A stretch of DNA of 64,000 nt, from NCBI GenBank assembly GCA_022709525.1, contig JAKLIQ010000001.1:3797-67796 (forward strand), given 5' to 3'. Below are positions 38,264 to 47,353 of this stretch, one piece after another. Origin of the DNA: Candidatus Omnitrophota bacterium. GTDB lineage: Bacteria; Omnitrophota; Omnitrophia; Omnitrophales; Aquincolibacteriaceae. The position numbers and the translations under genes are program-made. The stretch's first letter is position 1. Every line of letters begins with the position of its first letter. The notes beneath the pieces were generated by a model. It made no database searches and was not told where the DNA came from. It saw only the letters and a program-made list of their open reading frames with translations.

Positions 38264-38598
38264 GGTCTCCCTCTTTGTCTTTCGCGGCTTTGCCCCCGCG
38301 CCATGCCGGCCATGCGGACCGTTCCGCCATCGATCTTGAGCGCTTTTGCGTTCACGAGACAATCCGAGATTTTTTTGCGGGCTGATTCAATAATATTCCC
38401 AAAAGTTTGACGTGAAATGTTCATCTTTTTAGCAGCATCTTCTTGGTAAAGTCCTTCGAGGTCGGCAAGCCGGACAGCTTCAAATTCATCCACCGTAAGC
38501 AAGACCTCCTCAAGGGCGTCAACGGGAAGTCCTCTTGGTTTGAAATAATTCGTATCGGGTTTGCATCGCACGCGGCGGCACTTAAATGGCCTGGGCAT
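38260..38598 (-). CDS. DUF134 (UPF0251) HTH DNA-binding protein, paralog 1
   Basis: MPRPFKCRRVRCKPDTNYFKPRGLP…LTVDEFEAVRLADLEGLYQEDAAKKMNISRQTFGNIIESARKKISDCLVNAKALKIDGG is the canonical DUF134 pattern. Confidence 0.65.
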   Translation of the reverse strand: MPRPFKCRRVRCKPDTNYFKPRGLPVDALEEVLLTVDEFEAVRLADLEGLYQEDAAKKMNISRQTFGNIIESARKKISDCLVNAKALKIDGGTVRMAGMARGQSRERQRGRP

Positions 38599-38613
38599 AA
38601 AGTCCTTCTGGAG

Positions 38614-38633
38614 TTATTAGCATATGCCAATAA
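38614..38633. promoter_or_regulatory. candidate operator: 20-bp near-perfect palindrome TTATTAGCATATGCCAATAA immediately upstream of DUF134 paralog 1
   Basis: 7-6-7 palindrome centred on CATATG, 16 nt upstream of the DUF134 start codon. Closely related to the palindrome at 40923. Confidence 0.55.
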
Positions 38634-38863
38634 TATCGGCAAGAAATCCTTTTGTCAAGACATGGAGGCATTGGAAAAGCAGCGCGGAGCGGACATTTGG
38701 TTTGCGGACGCCGAAGGGAAACAGCGTTTCCTCGACAACCTGCTTCTTGAGGCGGGCCAGGCGCGCCGGGTCTGACCCCGGTCAAAGCATGACCCGGCTT
38801 GCTTCATGGAGAGGCGAATTTGAAACCATTGACAAATAGGAATGATTACTATATAGTAACTCC

Positions 38864-39301
38864 ATGAAAATCGAGCATGAAGCACTAAAAAGAATGTTTT
38901 ACGATAAATGCGCCGAGAATGGACTTAAGATCACTCCGCAGCGCTCGCTTATTTTCGATGAACTCTCCAAAGCAACGGATCACCCAACAGCTGACGCCAT
39001 CTACCAGCGTGTCCGCAAAAGATTATCGAATATTTCATTTGATACCGTTTACCGGACCCTCTTGTCATTTACCGAAATAGGTATCATTAGCCTCGTGGAA
39101 GGAACGGGCGAGCAGAAGCGTTTTGAGCCTAACCTGCATCGGCATCATCATTTTAGATGCATCAAATGCTACACCATTTTTGATTTCGAACACGATGCCT
39201 ATGACAATATTGCCGTTCCTGACGCGGTGCAGAAGCAGGGGGTCGTTATTAATAAGAGGGTCGTGCTGGAAGGCATTTGTTCAAAATGTAAGGGCAAATA
39301 A
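38864..39301 (+). CDS. Fur-family regulator, probably Zur (zinc uptake regulator)
   Basis: …HRHHHFRCIKCYTIFDFEH… and C-terminal CSKC. Low-GC gene. Perfect palindrome TTACTATATAGTAA 5 bp upstream of the ATG. Neighbours are zinc-related. Confidence 0.65.
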   Translation: MKIEHEALKRMFYDKCAENGLKITPQRSLIFDELSKATDHPTADAIYQRVRKRLSNISFDTVYRTLLSFTEIGIISLVEGTGEQKRFEPNLHRHHHFRCIKCYTIFDFEHDAYDNIAVPDAVQKQGVVINKRVVLEGICSKCKGK

Positions 39302-39321
39302 TATTTTTTTTGTCTATCGAG

Positions 39322-39336
39322 TCGTAATGATTACGA
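39322..39336. promoter_or_regulatory. Zur box (Firmicutes-type) TCGTAATGATTACGA
   Basis: Perfect 7-1-7 palindrome within gagTCGTAATGATTACGAttt, about 115 bp upstream of the PTPS-like gene. Matches the AAATCGTAATNATTACGATTT consensus. Confidence 0.6.
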
Positions 39337-39450
39337 TTTAGTATCGTAGCGCAAATTAAAGGAGGTGTTTGGCCGAGAAAATAAAGCGTGATCAGCCGCA
39401 GCAGTCAATAATATAAAAATAGAAATATCAACCCAAAGGAGATAACGATC

Positions 39451-39945
39451 ATGTCAAACGACAAGTACAGATCCATCGTAAAACTTGACTTCCAGTACGC
39501 GCACAGATTTATGAATTATCCCGGAGAGGCAAGCTATCTTCATGGACATTCGGGATATCTAACGATTGAAATTGAAGGGGAGTTAAATAAACATAATTAT
39601 GCCCACCCTGTAAAAGAGGCGCAAAAATTAGCATGGGCAGTAGCCGATAACTTCCACCATGGAACGATTTTTCAAGAAGGGGATCCCTTACTTGATTTAG
39701 TTCTGAAGGGATATGAGCAAACAGGAATGAAGGGCACAACAAATAGATTTGGGACACCTGCGAAAGCTCTCAACCACGAGCTGGTGAAATCGTTTCCTGA
39801 AAGCAGAGTCGCTGTCAGCAAAGGCCCATCTACCTGCGAATGGTTTTGTACGGTATTCTATGAACTATTGAAAGACAAGTTGAATATCAAGAAAGTAGAA
39901 TTCCGTTCTTCTTCGCTGAACTGCGCATCAAGAGAGTTTAATTAA
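39451..39945 (+). CDS. 6-pyruvoyl-tetrahydropterin synthase (PTPS/QueD) family protein, atypical (no Cys before HGH)
   Basis: …DFQYAHRFMNYPGEASYLHGHSGYLTIEIEGE… aligns with the QueD FEAAHRL…CGRLHGHSF… block, but has Ser/Glu where the catalytic Cys would be. Low GC; RBS AAAGGAG. Confidence 0.55.
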   Translation: MSNDKYRSIVKLDFQYAHRFMNYPGEASYLHGHSGYLTIEIEGELNKHNYAHPVKEAQKLAWAVADNFHHGTIFQEGDPLLDLVLKGYEQTGMKGTTNRFGTPAKALNHELVKSFPESRVAVSKGPSTCEWFCTVFYELLKDKLNIKKVEFRSSSLNCASREFN

Positions 39946-40027
39946 AAAAAGATTATTGGTCTGGCAACCTAAAAGAAAAGCCGGGGACAGGCATCCCGCC
40001 TTTGTGGCGGTGGGATGTCTGTCCCTG

Positions 40028-40843
40028 TTACTTTCCGAACGCGACGTCGAGGAGCATCATGAGGGCGAAGCCGAGGATGGTCCCTGTGGTTGCGAGGTCG
40101 CCGTTCCCGTTCTGCTGGGATTCGGGGATCACTTCCTCGACTACAACGAAGATCATGGCCCCGGCGGCGAACGCGAGCGCGTAAGGGAGGAGCGGTTGGA
40201 CGATCATCACGACCGCGGCGCCGGTCACGGCTGCAACCGGCTCTACGACTCCTGAAAGCCAGCCGTACCAAAAACTTTTTCCCTTAGAAAACCCGTCCCG
40301 GTGGAGCGGAAAAGAGACCGCAAGCCCTTCCGGAAAGTTCTGGATCCCGATGCCGACCGCGAGAGCCAAGGCGGCCATCATGGATATGGAATGCGATGCC
40401 GCTCCTGTGGACCCAAAGGCGACCCCGACCGCGAGCCCTTCCGGGATATTGTGGATCGTCAGCGCCAGGACTAACAGCGTGCATTTCGGCCAGCCGGTTT
40501 TGATGCCCTCGATCTTTTCATCCGGCATCAGGGGGTGGAGATGGGGGAGGATCTTGTCGATCAAACGGAAAAAAGCGGCGCCGAGAAGAAAACCGATCAG
40601 AGCCGGAAGCCACGGGATCATACCTTGTTCTTCGGCCATTTCGATCGAAGGCGCCAGAAGCGACCAGAAGCTCGCCGCGATCATGATGCCGGCGGCGAAG
40701 CCAAGCATCACATCGAGGATCTTCTGGTTGATCCGCCTAAAAATAAAGATCGTGGCCGCGCCGAGCCCGGTCATGGCCCAGGTGAAAAGACCGGCCAGTA
40801 GCGCAGCGGTTACAGGATGAAGTCCCTTCAAGAGAGCTTCCAT
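40028..40843 (-). CDS. zupT: ZIP-family zinc transporter
   Basis: …HNIPEGLAVGVAF… and …IQNFPEGLAVS… ZIP signatures. Start MEALLKGL at 40843 within ORF 40028..40861. Confidence 0.8.
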   Translation of the reverse strand: MEALLKGLHPVTAALLAGLFTWAMTGLGAATIFIFRRINQKILDVMLGFAAGIMIAASFWSLLAPSIEMAEEQGMIPWLPALIGFLLGAAFFRLIDKILPHLHPLMPDEKIEGIKTGWPKCTLLVLALTIHNIPEGLAVGVAFGSTGAASHSISMMAALALAVGIGIQNFPEGLAVSFPLHRDGFSKGKSFWYGWLSGVVEPVAAVTGAAVVMIVQPLLPYALAFAAGAMIFVVVEEVIPESQQNGNGDLATTGTILGFALMMLLDVAFGK

Positions 40844-40922
40844 GCGGCCATTACATCGCAATCAACCCTGTTTGTCAACCTGGCCCCAGACAAAAACTTG
40901 ACAGAAAGAAACCAGGCTATTA

Positions 40923-40942
40923 TTATGCACATATGTGCATAA
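40923..40942. promoter_or_regulatory. candidate operator: perfect 20-bp palindrome TTATGCACATATGTGCATAA upstream of DUF134 paralog 2 / acr3
   Basis: 7-6-7 palindrome centred on CATATG, flanked by TATTAT, 13 bp before the RBS AAGGAG of the DUF134 gene. Sits between divergent zupT and DUF134-acr3. Confidence 0.6.
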
Positions 40943-40955
40943 TTAAGGAGCGGCC

Positions 40956-41258
40956 ATGAGGCCCAAGAAAATAAGGCAGATCGGCTGTAAGCCCGGGGAT
41001 CGGTGTTTTCGCCCCGTTCATGTCCCCCGTAAAGATGTCGTTGTGACCAGGATCACGCTTGATGAGCTTGAGGCGCTCCGCCTCTGCGATGGAATGCGTC
41101 TTGAACAGAATGCCGCTGCCAGGAAGATGAAGGTTCACCGTTCCACCGTCTCGCGCATCCTCACTGCCGCCCGCAAAAAAGTCGCGAATGCACTTGTCCA
41201 CCACCACGGCATCAAGATTGAAGGTGGGCGCTGTAAGATGAAAGGAGAACGATCCTAA
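40956..41258 (+). CDS. DUF134 (UPF0251) HTH DNA-binding protein, paralog 2
   Basis: [91 protein letters not shown]. Stop/start overlap with acr3 (TAATG). Confidence 0.65.
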   Translation: MRPKKIRQIGCKPGDRCFRPVHVPRKDVVVTRITLDELEALRLCDGMRLEQNAAARKMKVHRSTVSRILTAARKKVANALVHHHGIKIEGGRCKMKGERS

Positions 41259-42307
41259 TGAAATGCTGTGATTCGCCTAAGCAACTCTCGTTCCTTGACC
41301 GGTTTCTGACGCTTTGGATCTTTCTCGGCATGGGCATCGGCGTTGCGGCGGGGTATTTCTATCCTCCGGTCGTTGGTTTTTGGAACAAGTTCCAAGTCGG
41401 GACGACCAATATCCCGATCGCGATCGGCCTTATCCTCATGATGTATCCGCCGCTCGCCAAAGTAAAATACGAAGAGCTCGGTGATGTGTTCAAGAACACC
41501 AAAGTCCTGCTTCTATCCCTCGTTCAGAATTGGGTGATCGGTCCCATCCTGATGTTCTTGTTGGCGATCACGTTCCTGCGCGGCTATCCGGAATATATGG
41601 TCGGGCTTATTCTGATCGGGCTTGCCCGGTGTATCGCCATGGTCATCGTCTGGAACGACCTCGCGGAAGGGGACACGGAATATTGCGCGGGGCTTGTGGC
41701 GTTCAATTCGATCTTCCAGGTGCTTTTCTTCTCCCTTTACGCTTGGATTTTCATTACGGTCCTGCCGCGCTGGTTCGGCCTGCAGGGCGCGGTGGTGGAC
41801 ATTACGATCAGCCAGATCGCAAAAAGCGTTTTCATTTATCTCGGGATCCCGTTTATTGCGGGGATGCTTACGCGGTTCGCTTTGCTTAAGATCAAAGATA
41901 AAAATTGGTACGAGACCCGGTTCATTCCGGCGATCAGCCCTATCACGCTCATCGCTTTACTCTTTACAATCGTCGTCATGTTCTCCCTGAAGGGAGACGC
42001 CATCGTCAAGATTCCGATGGACGTCATGCGGATTGCGGTTCCGCTTCTGATCTATTTTGTCGTGATGTTCCTCATCTCCTTTTTTATGAGCAAAAAGATC
42101 GGTGCTCCTTACGGTCAATCTGCCACGCTGTCCTTTACCGCCGCAAGCAACAATTTTGAGCTCGCTATTGCGGTGGCCGTGGCCGTCTTCGGCATCCATT
42201 CCGGCGTCGCCTTCGCGGCCGTGATCGGCCCGCTTGTCGAAGTCCCGGTCCTGATCGGGCTCGTTCACGTGGCCTTCTTCTTTAAAAAGAAATATTTCGC
42301 AAAATAA
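41258..42307 (+). CDS. acr3: ACR3-family arsenite efflux transporter
   Basis: …[21 protein letters not shown]…[22 protein letters not shown]… is typical of the ACR3/ArsB(ACR3) family; 10 TM. Confidence 0.8.
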   Translation: MKCCDSPKQLSFLDRFLTLWIFLGMGIGVAAGYFYPPVVGFWNKFQVGTTNIPIAIGLILMMYPPLAKVKYEELGDVFKNTKVLLLSLVQNWVIGPILMFLLAITFLRGYPEYMVGLILIGLARCIAMVIVWNDLAEGDTEYCAGLVAFNSIFQVLFFSLYAWIFITVLPRWFGLQGAVVDITISQIAKSVFIYLGIPFIAGMLTRFALLKIKDKNWYETRFIPAISPITLIALLFTIVVMFSLKGDAIVKIPMDVMRIAVPLLIYFVVMFLISFFMSKKIGAPYGQSATLSFTAASNNFELAIAVAVAVFGIHSGVAFAAVIGPLVEVPVLIGLVHVAFFFKKKYFAK

Positions 42308-42309
42308 AA

Positions 42310-43740
42310 ATGCTTTCTCCGAGGAGGAAAAGGGTTAGACTGATGACCATGATGATAAAGAAGATGGCAGCTCTTTTTTTAGTTTTTTGCCTCTTGCCGG
42401 GGCCGGCGGCTTTCGCGGAAGGACCTTCCGTGAAAGCCGGCGTTCCGGTGATGACTTTCCTTGATTGTTACAGGAAAGTGCTCGCGCATTATCCCGGGCT
42501 CCGGAAGCGCTATGAGCAGTTGGAGCAGGCCAAAGCCCAGCGCAATCTTGCGATCGCAGACCTTTTCCCCAAAGTCCGCGGCGTTTTCGGGATGGAAACT
42601 TCCGATGATCCCGTTTTTGTTTTCGGAAGCCTCCTCCGGCAAAAGTCCTTCACGGAACAGAATTTCGAGCTCAATTCGCTCAACACCCCTCGCCACCGGA
42701 CAAATTATCATTTCGGGATCGAAGGCGATATGCTGCTTTTTGATTCGTTCAATACGATCTCGAAGATCCGTTCCGCGCGCCGGCTTGTGAAGTCCGCGGA
42801 CCTTCAGGCGGATTTCACGGAAATGGAAGCCGGGATCCTGACGCTTGAAAGCTATCTCGGCATCCTGCTCGCGAGGGAGCTTTACAACATCGCGGTCGAG
42901 GTGAAGAACGCCTCCGATAAGGACCTCCAGCAAGCCAAGGACCTGAATGAAAAGGGTATGATCTTGGGCGCCGATTATTACGCCGCCAAGGTGACCGCGG
43001 CGGGCATTGAACGGGAAGTGAACCGCCTCCAGGGCCTTCTTAAAAGTTCCCGGATGCTCATGAATATCCTGATGGGGGAGGATCCGGAACTTGTTTGGGA
43101 TGCCGTCGGAAGTTTTCCGGACACGGTTCAGGAAAAGGGAGCGCTTCAAGAGTGGCTCGCGCAGGCCTATCAAAAACGATCGGACCTCGCCGCTATCGGC
43201 CAAATGCTCGACGCGCAGCGCATCGAATCGCTCCGCCAGAAGACTTCTTTCCTTCCAAAATTCTACGGCTTCGGCAGTTTGGACGAGAACAGCCACGACT
43301 GGCATACCGGCGGGCAGAGCTTTTCGCTCGGCGTCAAAGGGACCATGGATTTTTTTGACCCCAGTTATCCCGGCCGCGTCAAAGGGGCTAACGCGCAATA
43401 TAGGGAACTCAAGGCCGAACGCGACGCCCTGCGCGACGAGATCGTGAAGGGGCTCATTCAGGAGATGACCCGCTATGAGACCGTGGCCGCCGATACGCCT
43501 GTGATGAAGTCGGCTTACGCGGACGCGAAACAGGCCTCGGAACTGACGGCCAAACTATATCAGGAAGGGCGGAAATCGATCGCCGATCTTCTGGAGATGC
43601 GTCGCGGTTATTTTGAAACGGCAGCGGGGTTTCAAAGCCTTCTCCTGGCGCTTGAACTCGAGTACGCGAAACTTCTTTTCCTTTCCGGCCAGTTGAACGA
43701 AGACGGCCTTCATCAGGTTAACCAAAGGCTTCAAGCATAA
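42310..43740 (+). CDS. TolC-like outer-membrane efflux protein (OEP family)
   Basis: Signal peptide, then two repeats of coiled-coil/beta-barrel OEP architecture; 476 aa. Confidence 0.7.
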   Translation: MLSPRRKRVRLMTMMIKKMAALFLVFCLLPGPAAFAEGPSVKAGVPVMTFLDCYRKVLAHYPGLRKRYEQLEQAKAQRNLAIADLFPKVRGVFGMETSDDPVFVFGSLLRQKSFTEQNFELNSLNTPRHRTNYHFGIEGDMLLFDSFNTISKIRSARRLVKSADLQADFTEMEAGILTLESYLGILLARELYNIAVEVKNASDKDLQQAKDLNEKGMILGADYYAAKVTAAGIEREVNRLQGLLKSSRMLMNILMGEDPELVWDAVGSFPDTVQEKGALQEWLAQAYQKRSDLAAIGQMLDAQRIESLRQKTSFLPKFYGFGSLDENSHDWHTGGQSFSLGVKGTMDFFDPSYPGRVKGANAQYRELKAERDALRDEIVKGLIQEMTRYETVAADTPVMKSAYADAKQASELTAKLYQEGRKSIADLLEMRRGYFETAAGFQSLLLALELEYAKLLFLSGQLNEDGLHQVNQRLQA

Positions 43741-43755
43741 AAAGGCGGGCTTTCG

Positions 43756-46700
43756 ATGACTTCGCATCACTCCGATATCATTAGCGGGATCGTCAGTTAT
43801 TTCGCGAAATCGAAGATCACGCCGCTCGTCATCGCCGTCTCGCTCATTATCGGCGTTTTCGCGGTCATCAATCTGCCGCGCGAAGAAGAACCGCAGATCT
43901 CGGTGCCGATGTTCGATATTTTTGTCTCCTACCCGGGCGCCGATTCCAAGGAGGTCGAACAGCGGATCGTAACTTTGGGCGAGCGTAAACTTTGGGAGAT
44001 CCCCGGCGTCGAATATATTTATTCGACGATCGAACCCGAAGGCGCGCTGATCATTGTCCGTTTCAAGGTCGGGGAAGACGTCGAAAAAAGCCTGATCAAG
44101 CTTTACACGAAGGTCTATTCCAATCTCGATTTTCTTCCCAAAGACGCGAGCCAGCCGCTGATCAAGATCCGTTCGATCGACGATGTTCCGATCCTCACGC
44201 TGACCTTTTATGGTAAGGATAAGAACGCCGTCGCATTGCGCAAAACGGTGGCCAACATCCAGAATATCGTGAACGCCATTCCCGATGTCTCGGATACAAG
44301 CATTACGGGAGGCCGCAAACGCCAGTTCCAGGTCTTTTTTGACGAGGAAAAACTCAAGGCCCGGCTCCTCAACCCGCTTGAAGTCGCCGAAATTATCCGT
44401 TCGGCCAATATCAAGCAGAACGCCGGCCATCTTGAAAGCGCGCCGGAGCTCGAATCGGTCGAGGCGAATTCCTTTTTTAAGACCAAGACCGATCTTGAAA
44501 ATCTTGTGGTGGGCGTGAGCGCGGGTTCGGTCGTCACGCTCAAAGACATCGCTAAAGTGATCGACGGGCCGGATGAGGAAGAGCGGATGACCGAGATCTT
44601 TTTCGGGCCGGCCTCCAAGACAAAAGACAAGGGCCCGTTCGAAGCCGTGACGCTTTCGATCTCAAAACGCAAAGGCGCGAACGCGGCGCATCTTTCGGAA
44701 GTGATCCTGCACACCATCCGGGAACTTCCCGAAGCGACCCTGCCGAAACATATCGAAATGACCGTGACGCGCGATTACGGCGAAACGGCGAAAGAGAAAT
44801 CCGACGAACTTCTTTTTCACATGGCGATCGCCGTATTCGGCGTAAGCGTCCTGATCGCGTGGGCCCTCGGGCTTCGTGAGTCCGGCGTTGTGGGGATCGC
44901 GATCCCGATGACCCTGGCGCTGACCCTCGCGACCTTTTATTTTTTAGGGTTCACGCTCAACCGCATCACGCTTTTCGCGCTGATCTTTTCGATCGGGATC
45001 CTGGTCGACGACCCGATCGTGGATGTAGAGAACATTGTTCGCCACCTGCGGCTCCCCGGCAACAAAGGAAAATCCATCCTTGATATCACGATCGAGGCCG
45101 TGAACGAGGTCCGCAGCCCCCTGATCCTCGCCACGCTGACCGTGATCGCGGCGATCCTGCCGATGGCTTTTGTGCGCGGGCTTATGGGCCCTTACATGCG
45201 GCCCATCCCGATCGGCGCGAGCGCGGCCATGATGTTCTCGATGTTCGTGGCGTTCGTCGCGACCCCGTGGGCGGCCTATCAGATCCTGGGACGGGCGTTC
45301 GCCCAGGGGAAACTCAAGGCGCATCATGAAGGCGAGAAGGAAGATTTTCTGACGCGTCTTTACCGTTCCTACATGAATCCGCTGATCTACAATAAAAAGG
45401 TCCGCAAAGCGTTCCTGATCGGCCTGGGGGCCCTGCTCGGGCTTTCGGTCCTGCTCGTGCCGTTGAAACTCGTGCGCGTCAAAATGCTTCCTTTCGATAA
45501 TAAAAATGAATTCCAGGTCATTTTGAACATGCCCGACGGCACGCCGGTCGAAAAAACCAAAAAAGCGATCACCGAGATCGCCGGTTACCTCGCCACGGTA
45601 CCTGAAGTCAAAGATATCGAACTCTATGCCGGTTCACCCGCGCCGTATAACTTCAACGGCCTTGTTCGCCATTATTTTCTTCGCACCAAGCCCTACCAGG
45701 CGGACCTTCAGGTGAATTTGACAGGAAAACATCACCGTAAACGCCAAAGTCACGATATCGCCAAAGCCGTGCGCCCGAAGATCCATGAGATCGTCAAAAA
45801 ATACGGCGGCCATGTCCAGGTCGCGGAAGTGCCGCCCGGGCCGCCGGTGCTTTCCACGCTCGTGCTTGAAATTTACGGCCCTTCGCGCGACGGGCAGGCG
45901 GAGCTTAATAAAGCCATTGAAGGGCTTCTTGCTTCAAGCGAAGGCGTCACTGATATCGACACCTACCTGCAGGCGCCGGAAAAACTCGCGCGGCTTCACA
46001 TCAATACCGAAAAGGCGTCTTTGAACGGTATTCCGGCTTCGCAGATCTCGGCCGCGATCACGGCCGCTTTGGATGGAAAAGTCGTGGACCTCGCGCACTT
46101 ATCGGAAGAATACGAACCGGTCGAGATCCTTTTAAGGCTTCCTAAAGAAAAACGCGCCGCACTTGATAATGTGCTTAATATGACGCTTTTATCGCGCTAC
46201 GGGAACCCGATCCCCGTCAGGGAGCTCGTCAATGTTGAAAAGGACACGAAGGACCCGGCGATCTATCACAAAAACCTGATGCGGGTTTCCTACGTGATCG
46301 CGGATGTGGCGGGACGCTATGAAAGCCCCGTTTACGCGATCCTGAAACTTAAAAAAGAGATCGCGAAGATGCCGGCGCCCCCCAACCATGAAGGGCAGAA
46401 AACGCTCGATCAGATCTTCACGCGCCAGCCGGCCACCACAGACCGCTGGACCGTCAAATGGGACGGGGAGTGGCAGATCACGTATGAAGTGTTCCGCGAC
46501 CTCGGGATCGCGTTCGCGTTCGTCCTGCTTCTTATTTATGCGCTCGTGGTCGGATGGTTCCAGTCGTTCAAAACGCCCTGGATCATCATGCTCCCGATCC
46601 CGCTTACCTTGATCGGCATCCTGCCGGCGCATTGGCTCGGCGGCGTGTTCTTCACGGCGACTTCCATGATCGGCATGATCGCGGGCGCGGGGATCGTCGT

Positions 46701-46974
46701 GCGGAATTCCATTATCCTTGTGGATTTTATCAAGCTCCGGCGCGCGGAAGGAATGCCGCTTGAAGAGGCCGTCGTCGACGCGGGCGCGAAGCGTTTCCGG
46801 CCGATGCTTTTGACAGCCGCCGCGGTAGTGGTCGGCGCTTCGGTGATCCTCTTTGACCCGATCTTTCAGGGCCTTGCCGTGGCGCTCATGGCGGGAGAGA
46901 TCGCTTCGACCATTCTTTCGCGAACGGCCGTTCCGGTGTTCTATTATATGATGGCTAAAAAAACGAGGGACTAG
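43756..46974 (+). CDS. RND-family efflux transporter permease (AcrB/CzcA-like)
   Basis: 1072 aa, 12 TM, with two large periplasmic loops. Conserved …FSIGILVDDPIV… and …GIVVRNSIILVDF…. Confidence 0.85.
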   Translation: MTSHHSDIISGIVSYFAKSKITPLVIAVSLIIGVFAVINLPREEEPQISVPMFDIFVSYPGADSKEVEQRIVTLGERKLWEIPGVEYIYSTIEPEGALIIVRFKVGEDVEKSLIKLYTKVYSNLDFLPKDASQPLIKIRSIDDVPILTLTFYGKDKNAVALRKTVANIQNIVNAIPDVSDTSITGGRKRQFQVFFDEEKLKARLLNPLEVAEIIRSANIKQNAGHLESAPELESVEANSFFKTKTDLENLVVGVSAGSVVTLKDIAKVIDGPDEEERMTEIFFGPASKTKDKGPFEAVTLSISKRKGANAAHLSEVILHTIRELPEATLPKHIEMTVTRDYGETAKEKSDELLFHMAIAVFGVSVLIAWALGLRESGVVGIAIPMTLALTLATFYFLGFTLNRITLFALIFSIGILVDDPIVDVENIVRHLRLPGNKGKSILDITIEAVNEVRSPLILATLTVIAAILPMAFVRGLMGPYMRPIPIGASAAMMFSMFVAFVATPWAAYQILGRAFAQGKLKAHHEGEKEDFLTRLYRSYMNPLIYNKKVRKAFLIGLGALLGLSVLLVPLKLVRVKMLPFDNKNEFQVILNMPDGTPVEKTKKAITEIAGYLATVPEVKDIELYAGSPAPYNFNGLVRHYFLRTKPYQADLQVNLTGKHHRKRQSHDIAKAVRPKIHEIVKKYGGHVQVAEVPPGPPVLSTLVLEIYGPSRDGQAELNKAIEGLLASSEGVTDIDTYLQAPEKLARLHINTEKASLNGIPASQISAAITAALDGKVVDLAHLSEEYEPVEILLRLPKEKRAALDNVLNMTLLSRYGNPIPVRELVNVEKDTKDPAIYHKNLMRVSYVIADVAGRYESPVYAILKLKKEIAKMPAPPNHEGQKTLDQIFTRQPATTDRWTVKWDGEWQITYEVFRDLGIAFAFVLLLIYALVVGWFQSFKTPWIIMLPIPLTLIGILPAHWLGGVFFTATSMIGMIAGAGIVVRNSIILVDFIKLRRAEGMPLEEAVVDAGAKRFRPMLLTAAAVVVGASVILFDPIFQGLAVALMAGEIASTILSRTAVPVFYYMMAKKTRD

Positions 46975-47033
46975 GGACTCGCTCCTCGTCAAGGGCTTTT
47001 ACGAGTCCCGAGGGACAAGTCCCGAGTCCCGCT
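46975..47033. repeat. REP-like GGGACTCG inverted-repeat element, copy 3
   Basis: GGGACTAGGGACTCGCTCCTCG…ACGAGTCCCGAGGGACAAGTCCCGAGTCCC immediately after the RND gene stop. Confidence 0.7.
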
Positions 47034-47051
47034 TTATCAAGGAGGCAAATC

Positions 47052-47255
47052 ATGACTATCGAAAAATATATCCGCGTCATCGCCGGCAGTTTTATTTTGA
47101 TCAGCCTCGCGCTAGCGATCTGGGTCAGCCCCTGGTGGCTCATCTGGACCGCGCTCGTCGGCGTCAATCTGATCCAATCTGCATTTACGAACTGGTGTCT
47201 TGCCGAGACTATCCTGAAAAAATTCGGCATGAAATCCTGCTGCGAACCAAAATAA
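47052..47255 (+). CDS. DUF2892 (YgaP-like) small membrane protein
   Basis: …RVIAGSFILISLALAIWVSPWWLIWTALVGVNLIQSAFTNWC… is the typical DUF2892 pattern. Confidence 0.6.
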   Translation: MTIEKYIRVIAGSFILISLALAIWVSPWWLIWTALVGVNLIQSAFTNWCLAETILKKFGMKSCCEPK

Positions 47256-47353
47256 TTCGCTGATTCAAGAGGCGGCTCCGCGCAGTGGCTCGCCCCTTTG
47301 ATTGACACTCCCTCCGCCTTCGGGCAGAATGTCTCTTCAACTAGAGGAATCCT

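Noticed and set aside
42379-43398. 339-aa minus-strand ORF
   Set aside because: Antisense to the TolC-like gene. Shadow ORF.
43555-44430. 291-aa minus-strand ORF, and other long antisense ORFs (44208-44717, 46189-46992, 46955-47752)
   Set aside because: All overlap the RND, gatC or gatA coding regions on the opposite strand. The + strand products have unmistakable family signatures.
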